DNA of 64,000 nucleotides from the NCBI GenBank assembly GCA_951406725.2, contig OX597821.1, positions 118,234,001 through 118,298,000 on the forward strand. The letters run 5' to 3'. The first letter of the stretch is position 1, and every line of letters begins with the position of its first letter. Position numbers and translations under genes: made by a program. The notes under the pieces were generated by a model that made no database searches, was not told where the DNA came from, and saw nothing but the letters and a program-made list of their open reading frames with translations. Positions 25,601-39,040 of this stretch are shown piece by piece. Source of the stretch: Octopus vulgaris. Taxonomy: Eukaryota.

Positions 25601-27620
25601 ACTGTACATTTATATACAAGATTTGTATTCATATAAAGATTCATCAAAGGACATTTTGATTTTACCCAGCATGAGCATTTGTCGCATTTATTTGTATATA
25701 AGGCAGTCCCGACTCCATTTACCGACGTTGTTACCATGTTAGCTGTATCATAAGTATTTCTTCTATTACAATTTTGCCGTAATTGGTGCTTTTCATTGCG
25801 GTTTACATCTTAGTATTGAGATGCGAATGTGCGCTAGATCCAATAGGTGTTTAATTGAACTGTTGTCGCATTTTGCTGTTGTTTATGTGGTGCATAAGCT
25901 GCTGAAAATTAGCAAAGTTGGCGTAGGATACCTTCACTGTGTGACGATTTAAAATACCGATTAGAATTAGGAAAATATTTGTCCAAAGAAACAAAAAATA
26001 TTCCAGCGATCTTGGTTGAAACATATATACGACAGGCTTCTTTCAGTTTTTGTCAACTAAACCCACTCACAAGGATTTGGCCGGGTCGAAGCTACAGTAG
26101 AAGATACTTGCCGGAGAAGGCATTGAACCTAGAACCATGTGGTTGAGAAACAAACTTCTTACCACACATCCACGCCTGCGAAAAAATTTCAAAAAGTTCT
26201 GGAGGTTGGAAATAGATTTAAAGACATCCGTTTAGTGTTGTGTTCAGCTCTGATGATGGGAGAATAAGAATCTGGTGATTAAACAGAGCTGGGACATGAG
26301 AAAAAAACGTAGGGAGGCGATTTACAGATCACTAAGTGAAGGCAGTATAATTCAGCAGAGATAGGTAATGAAAGAGTCAACACCTTATTTAGTGCCGATT
26401 TTATCCGGACCAGACAGATATTTGAATATTATTTCATCACAGCTTTGATATTTACTCAATGAATAACATGAAACTAGAAACGTGAACGTTAAATGCAGTC
26501 TTCCGCCGAGCTATAGTTATCGAGGCAAGTAATCAATTATGTCCCTTGAATGGCATTTTGCTTTGTGAGTTACCTCCCTTAACATGTTTTTTCCACGTTG
26601 CTTTTGATGTAAATTTATTATAAGTTAAAATTTTGGTGCCTTTGTTATTATTATTATTGATATTTATTGTTTTATCTGCGTTGCTGTAACCTCCTATGGC
26701 AGACTGACTCCTCAATACTTCGAGCAAACACCTTCGTTTTAAAGAGAATTATTTCAATATTTAATTGATAAAAATATTTAACTCACGAAACACAGATACC
26801 GTTACATTTCATGTATAATTTTGCTTTTATATTTTTCCAAGAGCATATGAAAACGATATTAATAATAAAACTATAGCATTGATGCGTAAAAAGAAATGTA
26901 AAAAACTTCAAAACATTTGTTTAATGTTTACAAAATTGCTGTGTTTATATGAAAATTACTCGGCCATTGAACAAATGTTTGTTGAGAAAATTGTTTCAAA
27001 AATTTTAATAATCGGTTTTGTAAAGATTTTGTAAAGCAAGTTATACTACGTGGAAGTAATATACTAGCTGAATCCTCAGAATTCAAATTCCAGTATATGC
27101 GATTTACGAATTTACGGCAACAGTTTTTTCACTATGAACAAACATATCAACGTTTTAAGTAGAACTTTTACTAAAACTATAAGTTGTCCAGTTCTTTAGA
27201 TGAAGCGACTTAATCTTGTTTAAATTTTTTAAATTATGATTAAGACTGCGAGCTGGCAGAATCGGCAGCACGCCGGGCGAAATGCTTAGCAGTATTTCGT
27301 CTGCCGCTACGTTCTGAGTTCAAATTCCGCCGATGTCGCCTTTGCCTTTCATCTCTTCGGGGTCGATTAAATAAATACCAGTTACGCACTGGGGTCGATA
27401 TAATCTACTTAATTCGTTTGTCTGTCCTTGTTTGTCCCCTCTGTGTTTAGCCCCTTGTGGGTAGTAAAGAAATAGGTATATATTCCGCTGAGATCGATTT
27501 TCCCTTCCATCCTTTTAGAGTTGATAACTTAAGTACCAGTGAAACACTGGAGTCGATGTGATCGCCATACCTACTCCACACAAATTTCAGGCCTTGTGCC
27601 TATAGTAGAAAAGATTATTG

Positions 27621-27654
<34 letters not shown>

Positions 27655-28194
27655 GGTGCTGGGTAAAATTATTATTAAGGCACAGGAAAAGATTATTATT
27701 ATTATTAGCACATTGGATGAAATGCTTAGCATTTTGTTGTCAGTCTTTATGTTCTGAATTGAAATTCCACCAAGGTTGACTTTGCCTTTCACTCTTTAGG
27801 GGTCGATAAATTAAGTACCAGTTGCATACTCGGGTCGATGTAATCGACTAGTTCCCTCCTCCAAAATTTCAGGCCTTGTGCCCTTAGTAGAAAGGATTGT
27901 TATTATTATTTGGCTATTATCCAACTGTTCCCCACCCACTATTGGTTGGTTATTTTATTGATCCGGAAAGGAAGGAGAGCAAAGTCGACTTCTGCAGGAT
28001 TTGAATTTTGAGACAGAGAACTGAATTCTTGTGAGTCTTCATGGCCAACACTCTAAAGACTGAAAACTCATGAACGACTTTCTTAAAATCACTAGAACAG
28101 AAGTTCAATGAAGCTAAAAGTTAATTCTTAAGGATTCACAAGGAAATTGTTGCCAGCTAATAAATGTGTGTGAGTGTGTCTGTCTGCCTGCCTC

Positions 28195-28227
<33 letters not shown>

Positions 28228-28543
28228 ATGTATGTATGTATGTACACACACACACACACACATTCTATAATTATAAACATAATTATAATCAGGGATCAGC
28301 TAATTGCTTTACCATGCACCGAATTTAGAAATAGCAGTTAAATGCCTTTTCTACTACCATAAAAGATTTCCCAGACAGTAACACACTTTTTTACGTGGGC
28401 AAAAAGAAAAAATAACGAATCTACATGACTCAGATTAGCTACATACACGTTTCGAGATTAACTAATTGATTGATTAATTAATTCATTTATTTTACCTTTT
28501 TATTATTATTATTATTATTATATATATATATATGGTGCTTATG

Positions 28544-28590
<47 letters not shown>

Positions 28591-28598
28591 CATATATA

Positions 28599-29156
28599 TT
28601 GGGTTGTCCGGAAAGTTTGTGCCGATTTATAGTAACTTACTTTTTGACTTATTTTAGAACATGGTTGAATCTATAAAATAGGATTTGACTACACCTCCAT
28701 TTAGAGCACAGTTTAAGCTATCTTTTTGTGGAAGAAGGTTTATGTTCCTATAACCTATGTTAATTCTGTAACCCTTTAAAATGGAAGATAAGAAAGTTCA
28801 TTTTCGGCATTTGATGCTTTGGGAACCAAACAAAAATTGCTGCAGCTTGGCTGGGATGTGTTACCCTACTCTCCATATTCACCAGATTATGGATTACCAC
28901 TTATTCAGGTCTCTGCAGAATAGTCTTAATGGTAAAAATTTCAATTCCTTAGATGACGTAAAAAGATACCTTGATGAATTCTTTGCCATGAAACCACCTC
29001 AATTCTGGGAAGAGGGTATTTTCAAGTTAAAGGAAAGATAGAGACGCATTGTGCAACAAAATGGCTCATATTTTGTTGATTAAAAAGATAATGGCAAGTA
29101 TTTATTAATCTTTTTCTTTCCTTGAAAAATCAGCACAAACTTTCCGAACAACCCAA
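28599..29156 (+). mobile_element. Internally deleted mariner element
   Basis: TIRs ttgggttgtccggaaagtttgtgccgatt / aatcagcacaaactttccgaacaacccaa, TA TSD; HFRHLMLWE joined to DYHLFRSLQN..F..GIFKLKER. Confidence 0.9.
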
Positions 29157-29357
29157 TATATTAATATCCGAGAGTTGTTTATTGGTTTCTGGTTTTCTTC
29201 TGTACCATTATATTTTTAAAAGAAAAATCTTTCCTTCTGATTCTTCTGATGAGATCATGGAATTTAGCTATAATATCTTTAATGATATATATATATATAT
29301 TTATAAATTGTTGATGGTCATCTATGTATATTTCTGTCTGTTGGTCTCTTTCACTAT

Positions 29358-29487
<130 letters not shown>

Positions 29488-30763
29488 TATCTTAGCTGAT
29501 TTTCCTTAATATTACTCCCAAAATACTGTCCTTGTGTGTAAGCCCTATTTGTTTACTCATAGCCTCACTATCAACATGCTTAGGTTTCAAATCCTGATTT
29601 CAGTAACGAAAAAACTAATTTTCCTGTCACCCAGAACCATTTAAAGAGAAAAAAAAATCAATTCCTGGTACACAAGTTATGAGTTCAAACCCTACCAGTG
29701 GTAATATATGATGTATTTATGCACATCACTTAATTCTGGTCAATGAATTTATTTTATATGAATAACAGAAAACTCTTCAATTTCAGGACTGAAATAATTA
29801 GCTTTATAACAAGCTTCCAGTTGTAAGAGAAAATAGAGACACCAATAATTTATGTAAAATATCTCATCATCAGCATCATCATCATCATCATCATTATCAT
29901 CATCATTTAACATCTGCTTTCCATGCTGGCATGGGTTGGATGGTTTGACTGAGGACTGGCGAACCAGATGGCTGCACCAGGCTCCAATCTGATCTGGCAA
30001 GGTTTCTACAGCTGGATGCCCTTCCTAACACCAACCACTCTGAGAGTGCACTTGAAAATATCTTTCCATAAAAACAATTGGTTTTATATATAGAAACAAG
30101 GTACAAATTCATGCAACTGAGTGAAACCCCAGCATATGACTAGTACTTCAAGTACAAAGTTTTTACCAAGGAAAATTTCACCTCAGAACAGAAAAGGTTA
30201 TTACAAAATAAACTCAAGACATTTAGTCCAAGTCCCTAATAGTTTATTCCACTCCATCACCTTAATCTTTCATCATATTGAAAAACATTGGCTTAAGAAA
30301 ATATCAATAAAAAATTACCGTAATTGATGGCATAAAAGGCTTATAGGTATATTAGATGCACTTCAGTTTCAGTTGCACGTATCCAGGAAAATTAGTACTT
30401 AGTGCATTAAAGCTTATAGGGACATGAAGTGACATGTTTCTTTAAAGCATTTTTTGAAAATAAAGTGTCTTAAATGTCATCAAACTTGGTATCATCTACA
30501 ACAAAAATCCCTCAGAAATGTATTTCTTGATCTCTGGCTTTTATCACAGTTATTTAACCTTAACCCCAGTTTGGTCATAATTTCAATTAAAGATAATGGT
30601 TTAAAGGAACTTAAAGAATACGCATAAATATGAAAGAATTATACTGTCTTAGTTGGAAGACTAGTTATGATTTTAATGTTGATGTATGTGTATAGGCATA
30701 TATATAGTATGTACATATGTACTTATACATGTCTGTGCATGCGTATGTAGATCTTAAATCAGC

Positions 30764-30990
30764 TTAGTTGTACATGCCATTGACCAAATAATCGATTCTA
30801 GAATAATGTCGCTTCTGCCAGCCATCGATTATTTTTTTGCTGATGACCACAATTACAGCAACAAAGAGAAGAGTTCCAACTGATAAAGTCCCAATTAGAA
30901 CCGTTATCATAAGCGTATTGTTTGAATCTGCTTCATTTTTCAAATAAGTTTCTTGTTTGGAGGAAGTGACATTTTGGTTGAGGTTAGAAT
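30764..30990 (-). CDS. MANSC-domain protein, terminal exon (TM and MANSC1/C11orf24-type tail)
   Basis: ctgcag acceptor, phase 1; hydrophobic LMITVLIGTLSVGTLLFVAVIVVI then KRHYSRIDYLVNGMYN*, matching the Y..DYLING.Y tail of vertebrate MANSC1/C11orf24. Confidence 0.9.
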
Positions 30991-32062
30991 CTGCAGAGTA
31001 AAATAAAATAGAAAACAAAACAATATATGAATATGTAAGTAATTCTTCAATAAAATGTGAGCAGAATAAATGAAAAGAGAAATTTAATGAAGATTAATAA
31101 TTATAAAAATAAAAAGACAATCAAAAGATAATTATATGGAATAAGAGTTACAAATTGAAAAATAAATAAAGTATAAAGCATTGTTTATTAAAATCCAAAA
31201 TGCATCATGTAAAGTTGACTTTAAAACATTTGTAATATCAAATGAAATATCAAAACCATCCACGTCATACTTGATGTATATATTCAGTTGATAGTCCAAC
31301 TGCTGCAGAAATAACATCTCTAATGGATTTGCTATGTTAAAAACACAATATCAAACAAAAAAAACAACAACAAATAATCATAGCCTTCATTTTTATCTTG
31401 GGCTCAGGCCAATAATTCATTAAAGTTATTAGAGTGTTAGATAACATGCTTTTCATTATTTGTTTTGGATTGTTTGTGCTCTGAGTTCAAATCCCAATAG
31501 GGTCAACTCCACATTTCCTCCTTCTGAGGGTCAATAAATGTAATAACAGTTCCAGGCTGGATTGGTGGAATTACCAGAGTATTGGACAAAATACCTTGTA
31601 GTATTAGTTCCAGCTCTTTGCATACTGAGCTCAAATTTTACCTCCTACCATTGGCCTGCTTTTGACAGGGACCAGGGTTTTTGGAATCTAACTAGCAATG
31701 ATGGGTCTGAAATGTGAGATTGAGTGATGTGTTGTTTAGAATAATATATTCATTCCATCAATAGACATGACTGTAAGATGTAAACCTGAATTAGGATCAG
31801 AATAAAAGTTAGATCAGTTTCATTTTAACATTCCATGAAACATTAATAGCAAAGTCAACCCCAGCAGCAACTGAAGTGATAACTTTAAAAATAGATACTG
31901 GCATGGCTGTGGGGTAAGGAGCTTGCTTCCCAACCACATGGTGCTGGGTTCAGTTCCACTGTATGACACTTTGGGCAAGTGTCTTCTACTATAGCTTTGA
32001 GCTGACTAAAACCTTGTGAGTGGATTCGGTAGAAGGAAATTGAAAGAAGTACGTTTTGTGTA

Positions 32063-32137
<75 letters not shown>

Positions 32138-32211
32138 ATAGAAATGGTAAAGACAATAAAAGAATGAAAGAGACCTTGATATGTAAATAGAGGAATTTAC
32201 AGACATATATG

Positions 32212-32262
<51 letters not shown>

Positions 32263-32266
<4 letters not shown>

Positions 32267-32494
32267 TATGAGTGAGTGGACAAATGAAAGAAGGGCACTC
32301 AGCTCATTTATTGGGAGTTACATGTATGATTCAAAATAGTTTGATTCTAATTCTGGGGCATTTCTAATTTCAAAGCATAAGATGTTTATAGTCAGCCATT
32401 AGAAATACGAATTCAAATTTCCAGTGGCTGAGGATAAGAATCTTATGCTTTGAAACTTGAAGTACCACAGAATTTGAATCAAACTGTTTTGATC

Positions 32495-32500
<6 letters not shown>
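32263..32500. mobile_element. (TA)n-embedded fold-back element with decayed hammerhead
   Basis: Diverged ~85-bp arms at 32325-32500, (TA)n on both sides, nested in the microsatellite of a SINE. Confidence 0.6.
32424..32468 (+). ncRNA. Decayed hammerhead motif in a fold-back element
   Basis: GUGG-CUGAGGA...GAAA-CUUGAAG-UA/CCAC, stem I extendable; base of stem II unpaired. Confidence 0.5.
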
Positions 32501-32565
<65 letters not shown>

Positions 32566-32994
32566 GTGTGTTGTGTGTATGTGTTTGTGTTTGTCCCCTA
32601 CCACTGCTTGGTGTGTTTATGTCTCTGTAACATAGTGGTTTGCCAAAAGAGAGTGATAGAACAAGTACTAGGTTTGTAAAGATGTACTTGGGTTGACTTG
32701 TTCAACGAAAATTCTTCAGGGCACTGCCCCAGTATGGCCATAATCTAATGAGTGAAACAAGGAAAAGATATTAAAGGCAAATGCCACAAGAAATTCTGTC
32801 CAATACTCTACTGGTTCTCCCAATCCAGTGTCATTAGTAAACATGTGTTAAATTGAGGAAATGGTTACATTGGAAAGACTCAAGACAGAAATGGTCACCC
32901 CTGAGGGTTACCTACCTCCTTACACAAGAGCTCAACCATTAAAATCTTAATGAATGGCTACTACACCATTATAGAATGAATAATAGATACCAAC

Positions 32995-33174
32995 CTATTG
33001 TAGAGTTTACGGTGTTATTACTCTGAAAAAATGTGGTATTCTCATCTATGGTTACGTTCATATATTTATCATTTGATGAATTAGGATAAGAATAAGTACT
33101 TGTATAATTCACAATATCACTTTCATTCTTTATAAGTGTAGCTGTTGTTGTATAGAAACTTTCAGTAGAATCAT
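32995..33174 (-). CDS. MANSC-domain protein, N-glycan-rich stalk exon B (duplicate of A)
   Basis: aactag/gttggt, 180 nt, phase 1-1; DSTESFYTTTATLIKNESDIVNYT...FQSNNTVNSTI. Confidence 0.8.
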
Positions 33175-33850
33175 CTAGTTTGGAAACAGGGATAAAAGAG
33201 ATAAATATTTGATTTATGAGTAGTTCTCTGAGTCTATGTTTGAAAGAAAATGCTTGTGGAAAAATCAAAGATGAATTATTGAGAAGGAATGTGTGTTGTC
33301 GTTTTGCTTCAGACATTTTTGGAATACACAGCATTTCAAAAGTTGTGAGTTACAGTTACAGAAGCTGACAGCAATGCAGAGTCAAGGTTAAATATAAAAC
33401 AATAGCATTAACAAAGAGATTGAAACAATGAACAAAAATATTAAACGTTTCAATATGTAATTGGTCCTCATGCTTTGAGTGAGAATTGGAAGGAGTAAAA
33501 TAGTCATCAGAGTCATGAGTCCAAGAAGTATTGATTGAAGATGTAGGTTCTTGATTACAGAGATTTCAATGTTGATGATGGCGGCTGACAAATGCTCTTG
33601 GCAGCAAACATAGTTTTAATAGCTGTATAATACAAAGTTGTGCTGAAGTCCTCTCTCACCTTTCAGCCGTTGTCTTTTATACTCTACAGCACTCACAAAA
33701 TAATCTGGCATGGGTATACCACATCATTGTCATTTCCCCAAATGCAAATATCTTCTTGCCCAAAGCAGTAATTTCTCTGAGCTGAACAAAGCAAAAAGGA
33801 GGCAACTTCTCATTTTTCTTTGAGAATAATTGGTGACTATATATATATAC

Positions 33851-33898
<48 letters not shown>

Positions 33899-34575
33899 CG
33901 ATTTCACTATCAAAACCTACTAATCAGTTAAACTTTTTTTACCCCAAAATAACTAACACTTAATTATTACAATATTATAATTAAGAAAAATACATTCTCA
34001 TAAGCACACACGTACACTCACACACACACACACATATATATATTGTGTGTGTGTGTATATCTGTGTGTGTGTTATTGTTGCTTTGCTTTGAGATTGTCTG
34101 ATACTTGTAAATGGATGTCTCGATCATGCTTGCTGTGTCCTTCATTTGTAATCTTTTGTAGAAACATGTCTAGTTATGGGGAAATATTCCCTTACAAGGA
34201 AAAAGGTGAGGATTGACAATAAAAGGGCATCTAGCCATAGAAAATCCCTTATCAATGAAATCCATGAAAGAAATGGAAAGTGAAAATGAAAAGGACGATG
34301 ATGATGATGATGATGATGATGATGGTGGTGGTGATGGTGTGATGATGATGATGATGATTATGTTGATGATGATGGTGATGGTGATGATGATGGTGATGGT
34401 GGTGATGATGATGATGATGATGATGATGTTGATGATCTTCCCTTGTAATTTTAAGGTTTTCCAGATCTGCTTTGATTCATACATGGCAGTTATCTGTAGA
34501 GTATGATCTATAATGATATATTGTTATAAAAAGAGAGGTAGTTACTACATTATAGAATTACTAATTGATACCAAC

Positions 34576-34758
34576 CTATTGTAGAGTTTTCTGTGTCGTT
34601 ACTCTGAGAAAATGTAACATTCACATCATCTGTTACACTGACATTTCCATTCTCTGACAGATTTGGAGTTACAGACATTATTGTATAATTCAAACTCTCG
34701 GTTGCATTGTTTATAAGTGTAGTTGTTGTTGTTGCATTGAAACTTTCAGTAAAATTAT
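34576..34758 (-). CDS. MANSC-domain protein, N-glycan-rich stalk exon A
   Basis: aaccag/gttggt, 183 nt, phase 1-1; NFTESFNATTTTTLINNATESLNYT...SQSNDTENSTI. Confidence 0.8.
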
Positions 34759-34865
34759 CTGGTTTGGAATGAGAGACAAGTTTAACAAAAGTTTGCTTTC
34801 GAAATAAATCTTTAAAACAATGTCTGAAAGAAAATACTAATTGAAGATAAAAAGGAAGGAAGGAG

Positions 34866-34948
<83 letters not shown>

Positions 34949-34993
34949 GATAGATATATTTATAGATAGATAGAGATAGATAGAGATAGATAG

Positions 34994-35027
<34 letters not shown>

Positions 35028-36711
35028 TAGATAGATAGATGGAGAGAGAGGGATATTTGCATTTGTATAATCACATGGTGAAGTGTGGGTTTCAGAAAGT
35101 GCAGTGATGGCAAATCCTTTTGCAGAGCAGAAGCACTGGACCTTAAATAGTAGCACAAAACAGAGAAAGGGAGCTCTTCAGTCTCCTTACAGACAAGCTT
35201 TGTAGCACCAGAGGCATAACAACATGCACCCAGCCAATGCTATAAGTGAGGTTGATGATATATTTAGAGTTTATCTCTGTCACTCTCTCTCTCTTTCTGC
35301 CTTACTATGAAAGATAAGTAGCATGAATAATATGTCATAATTATATGTAAAAATAATATGTAATAAAATTAATATGTAATAATAATATGCAATTATATGT
35401 AATATGTAATGAAATGTAATAATATGTAATAATATGTAATAATAAGTAGCATGAATAATGTGTAAGAAATGTGATGCTGCTTGATGCTGAGTCATGGGAA
35501 GTGAATATGTAAGACCTGCAGAGGCTGTAAAAAGATGAACTGAGCAGGAACAGTATGGTGCATAATATTAAGCTGCATAATAAAAGTGGAGCACAAGAAA
35601 GCTGGCTGAAATGTGAAAGATAGATGATTGTGTTGGTACAAGGAATCAGTGAATGAAGATGATGAGTGGAAGATGAAAAGAAGAGATGTGAAAAAGTAGG
35701 AAAAAAAATCAACTTTTAAAATACTGGGTCAAAACAGCTGAGATGATCATTATCATCGTTTAACGTTCGCTTTCTATGCTAGCATGGGTTGGACGGTTCA
35801 ACAGGGGTCTGGGAAGCCAGGAGGCTGCACCAGACCCAGTCTGATCTGGCAGTGTTTCAACAGCTGGATGCCCTTCCTAATGCCAACTACTCTGAGAGTG
35901 TAGTGGGTGCTTTTTACATGCCACTGGCACAGGTGCCAGACGAGGCTGGCAATGGCCACGATTGGTTGGTGCTTTTTATGTGCCACCGGCATGGAGGCCA
36001 GTTGAGGCGGCGCTGGCAACAGCCACGTTTGGATGGTTCTTTTACATGCCACCAGCACTGGTATCACAACTGCAATTTCTATTGAGATGATAAATGATTA
36101 AAGCAGTTTTAATATATTGAAAGATAGACATGTCTGACATATCAGTGTGGAAAAAAACAGACTCTAATACATTAATGGTGATGGTGGTGATGATGATAAT
36201 CATGATTAGAAGGTAGAGGTGGAAGAGGAGGAAACTTATGATAATGCTGACAAAGATGATAATGGTCTTATATACAAAAGCATAGAAGTAGTTTAAGTGT
36301 TTGTCCCTATTTTAGTAATTGACTTAAATATTTTGAGGCACACTCTATTAAAACATTATTTACATTATTTACATTTGATGGCTATTTGTCCTCAAATTGT
36401 TTGTTGTTAACACAATGTTTCGGCTGATATACATAATATTTATGTAAAATGATTCTCAAAGTATATAATTAAATCACTTAAGTACGAGTACATTAATAGA
36501 GTGTTCAGTTCAATAGTTAAGAGATGAGGAGTTATGTACATTATTTACATTTAACGGATATTTGTCCTCATCTTGTTTGTTGTTAACACAACGTTTCAGT
36601 TGTTTTACCCTCCAGCCTTCATCAGGTGTCTTGGGGAAATTTCAAACTTTGGTTCTCATTCCTAAGGTCTTTTTCGATGTTGTTATTATTATTATTATTA
36701 TTATTGTTATG

Positions 36712-37647
36712 TTTTTTCCTTCTTTCTTCAAAGTTTCTCCCGTTTCTCGCCGAGTGTTTTCCGTACACCTAGGGCAGAGAAGGGCATTGTATGCATTCCC
36801 AGATTACACGCGCAAATTCAAAGATAAAATATGTATTTAAAAATTAATAAATAAATAAATTCATGGATGGATGTTATTTTTACAGTGATAGTGCTCTTCT
36901 CAGTACATGAGCCGTTCCAGTTAATACGATTTTTTGCACCTCCTGTAAGCCTGGAATCATTTTCAAATAGGTTTCAGTACCTTTTTTTTATCATTCCTAG
37001 AGATCCTACAATCACTGGTACTGTAGTCGCCTTGAGATGCCACATTTTTTCAATTTCTATTAGCAGGTCTTTATATTTACTAATCTTGTCAAATTCTTTC
37101 GCCGCTATAAACACGTCCTTTTTGTCTGATCTTTTATAATAATATCCGGTTTATTAGCTTTTATAGTCCTGTCGGTCTGCATGGGGAAGTCCCATAGAAT
37201 CAACACATTTTCTCCCTCGGTCACAGCTTCAGGATGATGTTTATACCATTTGTCAGTGGTTTTGATTTTATAATGCCGACATATTATCCAATGTAAATAC
37301 TGGCCAACTCTGTCATGTCTTGCTTTATATTTTACAGGTGCTAAGACTCTACACCCTGAGATTAGGTGGTCTATTGTTTCAATCTCATTGTTACAGAATC
37401 GGCATTTTGGGTCAGCTCCAATTTTTATCACATTGGCTTGGTAGTTCCAAGTTAATAAGCTTTGGTCTTGAGCAGCTAATATGAAACCTTCACTCTCTAC
37501 TTTTAGCCCTGAGCTTCATAACCATTGGTGCATGTGTTTCTGGTCGACATCAGCTTGTTTGCTATGGGCTACATACTTGCCATGGAGAGGTTTCTGTTCC
37601 CATCTGCTAGCTAAATTTTCATGTGCTTTTGTCTGCTAGCTAAATTT

Positions 37648-37650
<3 letters not shown>
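36712..37650 (-). mobile_element. 5'-truncated R4/Dong-like non-LTR retrotransposon (restriction-like endonuclease)
   Basis: CRFC..ETIDHLISGC..YKARHD..ILWDFPMQTDRTIKANKPDIII, then KI.KYKDL.IEIEKMW..VPVIVGSLG after a frameshift; (TAA)n on both sides. Confidence 0.85.
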
Positions 37651-37906
<256 letters not shown>

Positions 37907-37984
37907 TCAGGTCACTGCCTGGAATCAAACTCAGAATCTTGGGGTTAGTAGCCCGCGATTTTAACTACTACGCCATATGCCCAG

Positions 37985-38245
37985 AGTTAAGAGCACGGGC
38001 TACTAACTCCAAGTTTCTGAGTTCGATTCCAGGCAGTGACCTGAATAATAATAATGATGATAAAAATAATAACATCAAAAAATACCTTAGGAATGAGAAC
38101 CCAAGTTCGAAATTTCCCCAAGACACCTGAAGAAGGCTGGAGGGTATATCAGCTGAAACGTTGTGTTAACAACAAACAAGATGAGGACAAATATCCGTTA
38201 AATGTAAATAATGTTCATAACTCCTCATTTCTTAAATATAGAACT
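37985..38245 (+). mobile_element. tRNA-headed SINE-like element with (AAT)n linker and hammerhead-like body (right arm)
   Basis: B-box GAGTTCGATTCC; A-box-like TGGCGTAGTAGTTA on the inverted head (37905-37981); body matches 36505-36710 in reverse complement. Confidence 0.7.
38122..38167 (+). ncRNA. Hammerhead-like core inside a tRNA-headed element
   Basis: GACAC-CUGAAGA-A-GGCUG(loop)CAGCU-GAAA-CG-UU/GUGUU; the inverted copy at ~36586-36631 has CUGAUGA. Confidence 0.5.
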
Positions 38246-38739
38246 GAACACTCTATTAATGTACTCATACTTAAGTGATTAAATTATATACTTTGAGAAT
38301 CAATTTACATAAATATTATACCTTAATTAGAAAATAAATTAAGTATTTTCAGAACTAATTTACATATGTATTAACATTTAGCAAGTGAATTAAATATTTT
38401 GAGGCACACTCTATTAATGTGTTCATACTTAAATGATTTAATTAAATACTTTGAGAATCAATTTACATAGACTGAAAATAAATTGAATATTTCCAGAACT
38501 AATTTACATATGAATTAATATTTGGCATTTGAATTATATATAGTGTGATCCAATCTGTTAGTGAAGGTAAAATATATTTTAAATTAAGTTTAAATGCAGA
38601 TTCAATGAATATATGAGGGAGAATTGTCCTTTAATCACTTTTGATTCTCTTTCATATGACTACCCTAACAGTATCTAATATGCTATTGGATAACTTACAG
38701 TATATAAATACGTAAAGAAGTCATAACTGAATAGCAAAA

Positions 38740-39040
38740 CAAGTACATCAACACTGCTGATTCATGCCAGTATCTAGTTGGGTGCTAAAATGAAATTTTT
38801 TATATGATTTTTTCTCAAACAAAGCACTTGAGATCACTGTAGCATAAGAGACTATAAAGAAGGAAAGGAAGGGGCGTGAGGCCAACAAAGTCAAAGGATG
38901 TTGATTGACAGAAAAAATAAGGCTGAATATCATAGACCAGAAGAAAACAAAATGTTGGCAGTGAATTCCAGAGAGCAGCAGTTTGAGGAAAGAAGCTATT
39001 TGAGAAAAATAGACTTATGATTAACAAGAGACTCATCAGA
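38740..39040 (-). mobile_element. CR1/L2-like LINE 3' remnant
   Basis: NSFFPQTAALWNSLP motif. Confidence 0.5.

Noticed and set aside
29245-29275. CTGATGA near a TA tract
   Set aside because: No downstream GAAA or stem partners; not a hammerhead
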